Source of the DNA: Spirulinaceae cyanobacterium
GTDB taxonomy: Bacteria; Cyanobacteriota; Cyanobacteriia; Cyanobacteriales; Spirulinaceae
Direction of reading: 5' to 3'
NCBI GenBank assembly: GCA_049601735.1
Contig: JBMYQW010000001.1
Span: 1-48,195 of the forward strand
Length of the DNA: 48,195 nucleotides
Each line of letters opens with the position of its first letter. The stretch's first letter is position 1. A model generated the notes under the pieces. It was not told the DNA's origin. It worked only from the letters and a program-made list of their open reading frames with translations, and did no database searches. A program made the position numbers and the translations under genes. This document shows, piece by piece, positions 39,562 through 47,285 of this stretch.

Positions 39562-39972
39562 ATGAAGATACCCGAATATCAACGCACACCGCCAGCAGGC
39601 CACCATGACGCCCTGGCGTACCGGCCCGCCTGTAGCCAACTCAAGCGCCGCCTGGTCAATGACCAAACCGAATGGTTCGTCACCCTGCCCGATGGCAGTG
39701 ACTACACCCTCGCCACTATTCCCCCCATGCCCCAAGCCCAGAGCCACGCCAGCCTGGATGCAGCGGGTTATTGCAAAACCGGAGGGGAAGATGTGCCGAT
39801 CATCGCGCCAGAGGATGCGATCGCCACCATTGGCCATCGCCTCGAACTAACCCCCGTCATGGCGCAAACACCCGCCCTGCCCTGGCTCACCATTGCCGGA
39901 GTGATCGCCATCCCGACCCTGATCTATGGACTCTACCGCGCCCGTCAGGGTGGGGAGAGTGAATCATGGTAG
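39562..39972 (+). CDS. Hypothetical protein with a C-terminal transmembrane anchor (136 aa from the ATG at 39562)
   Basis: The track ORF starts on TTG at 39517; the in-frame ATG at 39562 gives MKIPEYQRT.... The C-terminal hydrophobic stretch is LPWLTIAGVIAIPTLIYGLY. It overlaps the next gene by 7 nt. Confidence 0.5.
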   Translation: MKIPEYQRTPPAGHHDALAYRPACSQLKRRLVNDQTEWFVTLPDGSDYTLATIPPMPQAQSHASLDAAGYCKTGGEDVPIIAPEDAIATIGHRLELTPVMAQTPALPWLTIAGVIAIPTLIYGLYRARQGGESESW

Positions 39973-40340
39973 ATTCCACAACCGCAACCATGATCGGGGG
40001 TGTGGCGATCGCCCTGGTCGGAGCTGGACTCCAACAATTCAGCGTCACTCAGCAAAGCCTGACCACCGCGCAAACCAGCGCCGCCCGAAATGCGATCGCC
40101 ACCGAGATCAGCGCCGAAGCCCTCGCCGCCGCTGATGCCCTGGCTAAAGAACGATTCAACTCGGGGCAATGCATCAAGAGCACCATCCCCATTGTGGAAA
40201 GCATGAAAGTCGATCGCACCTATGCCGGACAAATCATCTGTGATGCCCAAGGCACAACCGCAGTGATCGCTCGGAATGGAGCCCTGACCCTACTTGCCAA
40301 GACCGGCGATCAAGCCGTGATTCTGGAGGGGCTGAAGTGA
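39966..40340 (+). CDS. Hypothetical 124-aa protein with an N-terminal transmembrane or signal-anchor segment
   Basis: The ATG ORF begins MVDSTTATMIGGVAIALVGAGLQQF.... It overlaps the genes on both sides. Confidence 0.5.
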   Translation: MVDSTTATMIGGVAIALVGAGLQQFSVTQQSLTTAQTSAARNAIATEISAEALAAADALAKERFNSGQCIKSTIPIVESMKVDRTYAGQIICDAQGTTAVIARNGALTLLAKTGDQAVILEGLK

Positions 40341-40822
40341 TGACACAGACCTATGATGTACAACGAGATCGCCGCGTTGATCTGGCGTTTGGCGGTGCGA
40401 CCATCATCAGTTGCCGGATTGCCCAGGGAATTATCGTCATGGCCAACGTCCGCCCCTACAGCCGCCTGGTCACAGACGTTCTCGCCAAAGTCTTTGGCTT
40501 TCAGTTGTGGGGGCCGCTATCCGCTGCGACAGGCTTTGTCCTGTTGCTAGGGATTCAGGCGGCCGAGCTGCGCCCCTTGATGATCCACCGCCCCAACCCC
40601 GAAAAGCTCAAGCGAGTAGAGCAAGTGGCGACGCTGGGATTCTTGGTCGATGCAGTTTTGGCACTCTACAACTGGCCCGTGATTGAGGTTAGCCTGGCCC
40701 GCTTTGTCGCCGCGCCGACCCTCTCCAGCGTGAACTGGATTAACTGTCTGATGGCGATCGCGATTGTCTTTGGCGTAGCCAAACTGGAAAGCATCGTCCA
40801 GACCGTTCAGCGGGACATCTAA
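40340..40822 (+). CDS. Polytopic small membrane protein (160 aa)
   Basis: The ATG at 40340 overlaps the previous stop (TGATG). Several hydrophobic segments are present: LWGPLSAATGFVLLLGIQAA, VATLGFLVDAVLALY, INCLMAIAIVFGVA. Confidence 0.55.
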   Translation: MTQTYDVQRDRRVDLAFGGATIISCRIAQGIIVMANVRPYSRLVTDVLAKVFGFQLWGPLSAATGFVLLLGIQAAELRPLMIHRPNPEKLKRVEQVATLGFLVDAVLALYNWPVIEVSLARFVAAPTLSSVNWINCLMAIAIVFGVAKLESIVQTVQRDI

Positions 40823-40871
40823 CCATTATTAAACCGTTGTGCCGTCAGGGTTCTGGCGGCTTTACTTTGTC

Positions 40872-42101
40872 ATGAGTGAGCAGAAATTATCTAAGGATGA
40901 ACTGATCTATCGTGCTCAGTGTGAGGCGATTCGGAACCGTTACGCCGTCCTGAAATATGGGGGACTAGGCTTGCTCATCTTGGGTGGGCCGATGGCGTTT
41001 GCGACTGCTGGCTGGGCTGGGGTCGCAGGTGTTGGGGCTGTGCTGGTGGGCGGGTTCTTCTCTGCTAACCAGGGGGCTGATCAAGATTGTGAAAAGCTCG
41101 ATCGGGGAGACAAGCGCCTGCTGAAACAGTTCACGCCCCGGAAGTTATGGCCCGAGCTGTACCAAGCGTTTGCCCCTGGAAGCGATGCGGCTGCAACCTT
41201 ACCGGCCGGTAAACCCATCGCCCCGTGGGAGCCGTCCAAGTTTGACGCTAAAGCATTGCTCGATCGCGGTGTGGGCATCCTCTTGGCAGGCAACCCCGGC
41301 AGTGGCAAAAGCACTTTAGCCCGGTACATCTTGCAGCAGGCTGCCGCACCTCTGATCCGGCTCGACCCGCACTTTAAAGCGGGGGTTCCGGTCGGTGACG
41401 CCCTGGTCATTCAGGATAAAGACGCCATCATCAAAGCAATGGAATACCTGTTGACCCTGATCGACAAACAGGACGATCGCCCGCTCAATATCTTGGTGGG
41501 TGAGGTTCCGTCGATTCGGCTCTATGCCAAGCGCCAGAAGCGCCTGGATTTGGTGGATGAGTTTATCTTGAGGTTTGGGGCCGAGGCGCGGAAGTACAAA
41601 AAGATCGCCATCCTTGAGAGTCAGAGCGGCAATGTCAAAAGTTTTGGTCTGGAGGGCCAAGGGGATTTCATTGAGTCGTTCACGTTCATCCGTCTGGGGA
41701 AGCTGGCCGTTAAACACGCCTACACCCAACCGAATCGGGAGCAGTATCACTGGCTTAACCAACAGAGTTACGCTTTGACGGTGGATGGTCAGGATGCTGC
41801 TTTGCACCCCTGTCTGGGGCATCACCAAATGGTTGATAATTCCAACGCGCCGATCCGGTTGACGGAGGCCAAGTTTCCACCGTTACCAGCGGATATTCGA
41901 GCCGCATTGGTGGGGGCTATTGATGATGATGACAGTGTGGAGTCTCCCCCAGGTCAATCACAGCGAGCATCCCAGGCGTCATCAACACCATCATCAACGA
42001 CAGCGACCTGCCCTTCCTGCGAGAGTCCTGAGACGGTGAAGAATGGGGCGGGTCGCCGGAAGTGTAAGGCCTGTGGGGTGACGTTTGCCGATCATGGGTA
42101 G
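40872..42101 (+). CDS. Membrane-anchored P-loop NTPase with a C-terminal zinc ribbon (409 aa from the ATG at 40872)
   Basis: The track ORF starts on GTG at 40839; the ATG at 40872 gives MSEQKLSKDEL.... Two N-terminal hydrophobic segments are present (GGLGLLILGGPMAFATAGWAGVAGVGAVLVGGFF). Walker A is LLAGNPGSGKSTL. The C-terminus reads CPSCESPETVKNGAGRRKCKACGVTF, a CxxC...CxxC arrangement. Confidence 0.65.
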   Translation: MSEQKLSKDELIYRAQCEAIRNRYAVLKYGGLGLLILGGPMAFATAGWAGVAGVGAVLVGGFFSANQGADQDCEKLDRGDKRLLKQFTPRKLWPELYQAFAPGSDAAATLPAGKPIAPWEPSKFDAKALLDRGVGILLAGNPGSGKSTLARYILQQAAAPLIRLDPHFKAGVPVGDALVIQDKDAIIKAMEYLLTLIDKQDDRPLNILVGEVPSIRLYAKRQKRLDLVDEFILRFGAEARKYKKIAILESQSGNVKSFGLEGQGDFIESFTFIRLGKLAVKHAYTQPNREQYHWLNQQSYALTVDGQDAALHPCLGHHQMVDNSNAPIRLTEAKFPPLPADIRAALVGAIDDDDSVESPPGQSQRASQASSTPSSTTATCPSCESPETVKNGAGRRKCKACGVTFADHG

Positions 42102-42176
42102 GTGCGATCGCGGGAAGTCCGACAAACCTGTGACTTTTATCACGATACTTTGTTTGCGAATGTCACAAACCACCTT

Positions 42177-42206
42177 TTGTCAAGTCACAGAAATAAACTG
42201 TAATAA
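42177..42206 (+). promoter_or_regulatory. Possible sigma70-type promoter for the small Psb34-like gene
   Basis: ttgtca (42177-42182) and taataa (42201-42206) are separated by 18 nt, about 65 nt upstream of the ATG at 42273. This rests on sequence pattern only. Confidence 0.3.
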
Positions 42207-42272
42207 TCCGTTACATTGGTATCAACAACACGAAACGACAGCACTCTTCTACTTCTCTTGGAGGTTCTCACC

Positions 42273-42443
42273 ATGTACACCACTGTTAACCCCGACGGCC
42301 AACTCAACAACTACGCTGTTGAACCGGAAATGTATTTCGCTGAATACCCCTCACTCTGGCAGCAACGTCGCTACCTCCAGCAGGGTGCTGCTGTCCTCGC
42401 CTTGGTTGCCAGCCTGATCGGGATTGCAGTCGGCGTTAGCTAG
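42273..42443 (+). CDS. Small single-TM protein resembling the ssl1498 / Psb34 (light-harvesting-like, PSII assembly) family
   Basis: The ATG at 42273 is preceded by GGAGG at 42260-42264. The 56-aa product is MYTTVNPDGQLNNYAVEPEMYFAEYPSLWQQRRYLQQGAAVLALVASLIGIAVGVS. The pattern G.LNN(F/Y)A.EP.(M/V)Y.AE.PS..QQR.Y plus one C-terminal TM helix matches my recollection of this family. No search was run. Confidence 0.55.
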   Translation: MYTTVNPDGQLNNYAVEPEMYFAEYPSLWQQRRYLQQGAAVLALVASLIGIAVGVS

Positions 42444-42527
42444 TCGGTCTTGCGTCTGATATCGAGTCAATACTCCTCTCTTTCACTTTTTCTCCTCCTA
42501 CGTTCCCATAAACCTTTTTGAGCTTTT

Positions 42528-42554
42528 CCCCTGTTCTCCCAGGGGATTTTTTTA
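42528..42554 (+). terminator. Rho-independent terminator after the Psb34-like gene
   Basis: The stem is cccctg (42528-42533) paired with cagggg (42540-42545), followed by attttttta. Confidence 0.6.
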
Positions 42555-42882
42555 TGGCAGGGGTTTTGGATTCCACCTTATACCGAATCCGTAAATTGGG
42601 GCTACAGATCAGAAACTGAGGGCTGAGCGGAGTCGAAGTCCGGCGGTTACGATCGAACGTTCATGTGTAGTCGGACTTTTGTGTTTTGGTATTAATGGTG
42701 ATTTCGAGCACATCATTCAGGGAGGGCGATCGCCCCCCGACCCAACCGCCCCCACTCTTCCATCGTTACTCCCATCAACCTCAAACCCCCTCAAGGTTCA
42801 CAGTGCAGGACGTGACCCCATCACGGAGCAAACGGGGCAAAAACTGGATACTGATAACTGTAGAGAGAAACCCATCCGACCC

Positions 42883-43077
42883 ATGCTTCAACTCCAACTC
42901 CTCCCCGGCGCTATCTCTGCAATGTTCGCCGATGCTACTGAAACCAAGACCTTGACCGAAGCCGACCGCTACGGCTTACTGGCTGCCATCCTCACGGAAG
43001 ATATCGAAGACGAGGAGCGCCGCGCTGTTGACCGCATTCTCCGCTCCGTCCGTCGCGGCAAGCTGGCGATTGCCTAA
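42883..43077 (+). CDS. Hypothetical 64-aa protein
   Basis: This ATG lies within track ORF 42679-43077. The product is MLQLQLLPGAISAMFADATETKTLTEADRYGLLAAILTEDIEDEERRAVDRILRSVRRGKLAIA. It is followed by a clean terminator. The start choice is uncertain. Confidence 0.4.
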   Translation: MLQLQLLPGAISAMFADATETKTLTEADRYGLLAAILTEDIEDEERRAVDRILRSVRRGKLAIA

Positions 43078-43129
43078 GCTCAGCTAAACCAGATTTTCAG
43101 TTTTCTCTCTATCTCCTCTTGTGGATCTG

Positions 43130-43157
43130 ACCCAGCTTTACGGCTGGGTTTTTCTTT
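43130..43157 (+). terminator. Rho-independent terminator
   Basis: The stem is acccagc (43130-43136) paired with gctgggt (43143-43149), followed by ttttcttt. Confidence 0.6.
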
Positions 43158-43254
43158 GGCTGGATAATCCCAATATACCGGGGAGCAATCGTACCGAAAA
43201 AGTTCCCAGGCTTAGGTGGTTCTTTCTATGGCGTGACCCCTGGTTCGACTCTGC

Positions 43255-44175
43255 TCATGGTTCTTCTAACAGAGTGTCGATCTGCTCCAAAAGCGCTTGA
43301 ACCTGCTGCCATTTTTTAGGGTTTCTCTCCCAAAATTTACTCTTTTGTAAGCGTTGGTAAGTTGACTTCAGTTGAGTTTGAGGTTTGCTGCTTTGTTCCG
43401 TCTTGCTCACTAGAGCTGCTATTCGTTCTTTGATCTGGGTTAGTGAGAGTTGTTCGGCGATCGCCGCCTTGAGAATTTTTCGTCGCTGGCGAGTATCTTT
43501 CACTTTGGCGATCGCACGGGCTTTCGTAAATTGAATCTGACCTAAGCGCAGAGCTTCGATTATGTCATTAGGTAGGTTGAGTAGAGGGAGGCGATGTGTA
43601 CGAAATGATTCAGCGGAAAAACGTCCTAGCTTTGTGAATAGCTCATCGATAAGATTTTGTTCTTCTGGGCGGACAACGTTGTCCGCTACGCCACGTTGCT
43701 GCTTGGCAGACTGGTTAAGCAAACGAATCACATCATCTTGGGAGCGCTCAAGGCGTATTGCCAAGAGCTGCAAGATACTTTCTGTTTCCTCTATGGGGTT
43801 TAAATCTTCACGCTGGAGATTTTCAATCAGTGCGACTGCGATCGCTTGCTGGTCGTCTAGCTGGTGGCTCACGACCGGAATTTCGTGCAGTCCAATTTCT
43901 TGAGCGGCTCGGTATCGACGCTCACCGGCCACAAGTTCATATTTGTCACCTTTCGGTCGGACTAATAGGGGTTGGAGGATACCGTGTTCTTTAATAGATG
44001 CGATCAGGCTCTCCATGGCTGTTGGATCAAAATAGCGTCGGGGCTGTTGTTCAGGCAGAACGATTTTGTCGATCGCGACCGTGGTGATCGGTTGATTGGT
44101 TGAGTCAATTGAGTCAAACAGTCCAACGTTTTTCATGGTTCGGCGTTTGGCTGGAGGAGGAGTACGATTACTCAT
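43255..44175 (-). CDS. parB: ParB/Spo0J-family partition protein
   Basis: 306 aa. Motifs: IDKIVLPEQQPRRYFDPTAMESLIASIKEHGILQPLLVRP...YELVAGERRYRAA. The start overlaps the parA stop (TGATG). Confidence 0.9.
   Translation of the reverse strand: MSNRTPPPAKRRTMKNVGLFDSIDSTNQPITTVAIDKIVLPEQQPRRYFDPTAMESLIASIKEHGILQPLLVRPKGDKYELVAGERRYRAAQEIGLHEIPVVSHQLDDQQAIAVALIENLQREDLNPIEETESILQLLAIRLERSQDDVIRLLNQSAKQQRGVADNVVRPEEQNLIDELFTKLGRFSAESFRTHRLPLLNLPNDIIEALRLGQIQFTKARAIAKVKDTRQRRKILKAAIAEQLSLTQIKERIAALVSKTEQSSKPQTQLKSTYQRLQKSKFWERNPKKWQQVQALLEQIDTLLEEP
43669..43686. promoter_or_regulatory. Candidate parS-like centromere site (18-bp perfect palindrome), copy inside parB
   Basis: gcggacaacgttgtccgc is identical to the copy at 44999-45016. 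Confidence 0.5.
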
Positions 44176-44945
44176 CAGAGTGCCTCCATTGCTTGAGCGA
44201 GTTCGTCAAATTGTTTGAGTAGTTCCTTATGCTTGGTCGGGGCGAGGGCTAACGGTAAACCGTATTCGGTAGCTTCTGCGATCGCGGTGGCCCTGGGCAT
44301 CGGGGGGAAGACGGTCGCAATCCCTGAGAGCTGTTCTTCGAGGGCTTCTAAGGTTCGCTTGTCTAGAGAATTAGTGACCTGATACATCGTGGGCAGAAAG
44401 CCAGCAAGGGCCAGTTGAGTATTGAGCCGCTTACGAACTCGTGCAATAGTCCCCAGGAGCGAGTCTGTCCCGATCAGGGCCTTAAACTGGCATTGCACCG
44501 GAACGAGAATGTGAGTCGCTGCCACCAACGCGATCTGGCTCAGAAGACCAAGGGAGGGAGGGCAGTCAATCAGAATAAAGTCATAATCTTTGGCAATGGG
44601 TTCGAGAATGTGACGCAGGCGCAGCTCACGTAATTCTGCGAAGATTAATTCCTGCTCAGCATTGGCCAGGAGTAAATTGGCTGGGACAAAATCCATCTCA
44701 TGAATCTGCGACAGGATGGGGAGTGGGATCTCATCTTGGTCTTCTGGTGGGATCAAGGCGTTGTAGATTGTGACCTTCTGTTGATCGGCTTCTAGCCCCA
44801 TGAAGCTGGTGAGTGAGGCTTGAGGATCGAGGTCAATGAGGAGAACCCGGTGTTTGCGGCTAGCAAGGTGATAGCCGAGATTTTGCGTTGTCGTTGATTT
44901 GGCGACCCCTCCAGCTTGGTTAAAGAGGGCGATGGTTTTAGCCAA
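44175..44945 (-). CDS. parA: ParA/Soj-family partition ATPase
   Basis: 256 aa. Motifs: MAKTIALFNQAGGVAKSTTTQNLGYHLA (deviant Walker A), VLLIDLDPQ and FILIDCPPSL. Confidence 0.9.
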   Translation of the reverse strand: MAKTIALFNQAGGVAKSTTTQNLGYHLASRKHRVLLIDLDPQASLTSFMGLEADQQKVTIYNALIPPEDQDEIPLPILSQIHEMDFVPANLLLANAEQELIFAELRELRLRHILEPIAKDYDFILIDCPPSLGLLSQIALVAATHILVPVQCQFKALIGTDSLLGTIARVRKRLNTQLALAGFLPTMYQVTNSLDKRTLEALEEQLSGIATVFPPMPRATAIAEATEYGLPLALAPTKHKELLKQFDELAQAMEAL

Positions 44946-44998
44946 TGGTTTAGAGGGTATGGGGTGAATGGATGTTCAAGATCATCATATTTCTTTTG

Positions 44999-45016
44999 GC
45001 GGACAACGTTGTCCGC
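44999..45016. promoter_or_regulatory. Candidate parS-like centromere or operator site (18-bp perfect palindrome) upstream of parA
   Basis: gcggacaacgttgtccgc lies 54 nt upstream of the parA ATG, in the parA / DUF1016 divergent intergenic region. Confidence 0.5.
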
Positions 45017-45086
45017 TTTTTGCGCTTTTTGGGTAAGAGTCTTTAGCATGAGGGGGGTCTAGCCTTTCTGCCTGTGAGTTTGCCTT

Positions 45087-46145
45087 ATGTCAAAACAGTT
45101 TTCCTTGTTCTCAGATCATCATTACATTCAGTTTCTGGAAGGACTCAAGCAGCGTATTCGTTCGGCGCAATTGAGGGCAGCCTTAGCTGTAAACCAGGAG
45201 TTGATTCATCTCTACTGGCAGATTGGGCGTGAGATTATTCTGCGGCAGGAAGAGCAGGGTTGGGGTAGCAAGGTCATTAGTCAGCTTGCGAAGGATCTCA
45301 AGCGGGAGTTCCCGGAAATGACGGGATTTTCGACAACGAACCTCAAATATATGCGTTCGTTTGCGCGGGCCTACACTGAGGCTGAAATTGGTCAACGCTG
45401 CGTTGACCAATTGCCCTGGCGACACAATATCGTTCTGTTCACCAAACTCAAAACGCCAAAAGCGCGATTTTGGTATGCCCAGAAAGCACTGGAGAACGGC
45501 TGGAGTCGGGATGTTCTGGTGATGCAGATCGAGAGTCAGCTTTTTGAACGCCAAGGGGGTGCGATTACCAATTTTGAGCGAACGCTGCCCGTACCACAGT
45601 CGGATCTGGCCCAGCAAATCATCAAAGATCCCTATAATTTCGATTTTTTGTGTTTGGCTGAGAATGCCCAAGAGCGTGATCTGGAGCGGGGGTTGTTGTT
45701 GAATATTCGGGATTTTCTCCTGGAGCTGGGGATGGGGTTTGCATTTTTAGGGAGTCAGTATCCTATTGAGGTCGATGGGAAGGAATACCGGATCGACTTG
45801 CTGTTCTATCACATCCAACTCCGTTGCTTTGTGGTCATTGATCTCAAGATGGGCGAGTTTCAGCCAGAGTTTTCGGGCAAGATGAATTTTTACGTTTCGG
45901 CGGTGGATGATTTATTGAAGCAGCCGGTGGATAACCCCACGATTGGTTTGATTCTGTGCAAGACAAAGAGTAAAACGACGGCAGAATATGCACTCCGGAA
46001 TTTGAGTACGCCCATTGGCGTTTCGACTCATCAGCTTCCCAGGCAATTGGCTGAGCAGTTACCTTCGGTTGAGCAGCTAGAGCTACAGTTGGAGACAGTG
46101 GATTTGGCAAGGGAGGCGGAGTCTTGTGATGATTCCTCGGTTTAG
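45087..46145 (+). CDS. DUF1016 / YhcG-family PD-(D/E)xK nuclease domain protein
   Basis: 352 aa. The N-terminus reads FLEGLKQRIRSAQLRAALAVNQELIHLYWQIGREI...GWGSKVISQLAKDLKREFPEMTGFSTTNLKYMRSFARAY. The nuclease core reads RIDLLFYHIQLRCFVVIDLKMGEF. Confidence 0.85.
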   Translation: MSKQFSLFSDHHYIQFLEGLKQRIRSAQLRAALAVNQELIHLYWQIGREIILRQEEQGWGSKVISQLAKDLKREFPEMTGFSTTNLKYMRSFARAYTEAEIGQRCVDQLPWRHNIVLFTKLKTPKARFWYAQKALENGWSRDVLVMQIESQLFERQGGAITNFERTLPVPQSDLAQQIIKDPYNFDFLCLAENAQERDLERGLLLNIRDFLLELGMGFAFLGSQYPIEVDGKEYRIDLLFYHIQLRCFVVIDLKMGEFQPEFSGKMNFYVSAVDDLLKQPVDNPTIGLILCKTKSKTTAEYALRNLSTPIGVSTHQLPRQLAEQLPSVEQLELQLETVDLAREAESCDDSSV

Positions 46146-46216
46146 GTTTCCTCTGGAGGTCACGCCATAAAAAGGAAACTCGGACTCCCCCTCAACCCCC
46201 TATACACCAAGACTTT

Positions 46217-47197
46217 TCAAAACCGAATTCGCTCAATATCATCCAAACTCACCATCTCCCGCCGCCGGTCATACAACGCCGTCGTCCGCACATCCGCATG
46301 ACCCGCGATGTACTGCGCCCGGTCTCTCGACCCCCCATTCGTCAAAAAATTCGTAATCCCCGTCGCCCGGAAACTATGGTTGCAAATCTCCCCCGCCAAC
46401 CCCGCATCAGCCACCCGTCGCCGGATCATCCGCCAAGCCGAATCCCGAGACAACGCCCGCTCCGTCAGCGTGCGGCTGCGCCCACGGGTTGACCGAAACA
46501 GCGGCGTATGGGGAGATTCCGACAACCCACCCGCCTCGATGTAGGCATCCAGGTATTCCTCCAAGGTATGATGCACCGGAATCTTGCGCTCCTTACTCCC
46601 CTTCTCCGCCAGCTTCAGAAAGAACTTCTTCCCCTGGGGCGCATAATCCTTCACCTGGAGCTGGATCACCGCCCCAATCCGCGCAAACGTAAACAGCATC
46701 ACCCCAATCACAGCCCGATCGCGCAAACCCACCACATGGCTCGTATCAATCGAATCCAGCAACTCGCGCGTTTCCTCGGTTTCGAGCACCGGGGTCTTGC
46801 CCTCGGTGTAGGACATACGCGGACGCTTCACCTCATGACAGGGGTTCTCTGGAAAGTGCCCCTTGGCAATCATCCAATCAAAAAACTGCGTTAACCCGGC
46901 GAGTTGCTGGTGGATAGTGGCAATGGAACAAGGATGCAGCTCTATATATAAGGAGATAACTCTTTGCGTCACGTCCGTCAGGCGCGTTAACCCCTTTTCA
47001 TGACACCAATCACAAAATCGTTTAACTGCCCGCGTATAGGCACTTCTCGTATGAGGGTTGCGAATCGTGACGACGAAGAAATCTAAAAAGTCGTTGAGGA
47101 ATTGTTCACTCTCGCCGGAAACGAGTAGCGGTAACTTTGTTCTATCTGGGGTTGCAAGCGGGGCGGGTTCGCGTGAGACGTGCAAAAGTTGGTACAT
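46217..47197 (-). CDS. Tyrosine recombinase / phage-type integrase (326 aa)
   Basis: The N-terminal SAM-like segment is TIRNPHTRSAYTRAVKRFCDWC. The catalytic residues lie in FARIGAVIQLQVKDY (Arg), HSFRATGIT (His-x-x-Arg) and GHADVRTTALY (His ... Tyr). Confidence 0.9.
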   Translation of the reverse strand: MYQLLHVSREPAPLATPDRTKLPLLVSGESEQFLNDFLDFFVVTIRNPHTRSAYTRAVKRFCDWCHEKGLTRLTDVTQRVISLYIELHPCSIATIHQQLAGLTQFFDWMIAKGHFPENPCHEVKRPRMSYTEGKTPVLETEETRELLDSIDTSHVVGLRDRAVIGVMLFTFARIGAVIQLQVKDYAPQGKKFFLKLAEKGSKERKIPVHHTLEEYLDAYIEAGGLSESPHTPLFRSTRGRSRTLTERALSRDSAWRMIRRRVADAGLAGEICNHSFRATGITNFLTNGGSRDRAQYIAGHADVRTTALYDRRREMVSLDDIERIRF

Positions 47198-47285
47198 TTA
47201 TACTCTTTCGTTGCATGGAGGTTGTTTTGTTCTTGGGTTGAGTGTAGCATCAAGTTGTACAGCATAAAAAGATATTATGTTGCTT

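Noticed and set aside
41970-42101. An IS1/InsA-like zinc ribbon (CPSCESPETVKNGAGRRKCKACGVTF) suggesting a transposase or IS element.
   Set aside because: It is the in-frame C-terminus of the P-loop ATPase. There is no DDE/transposase domain, no terminal inverted repeats and no target duplication nearby.
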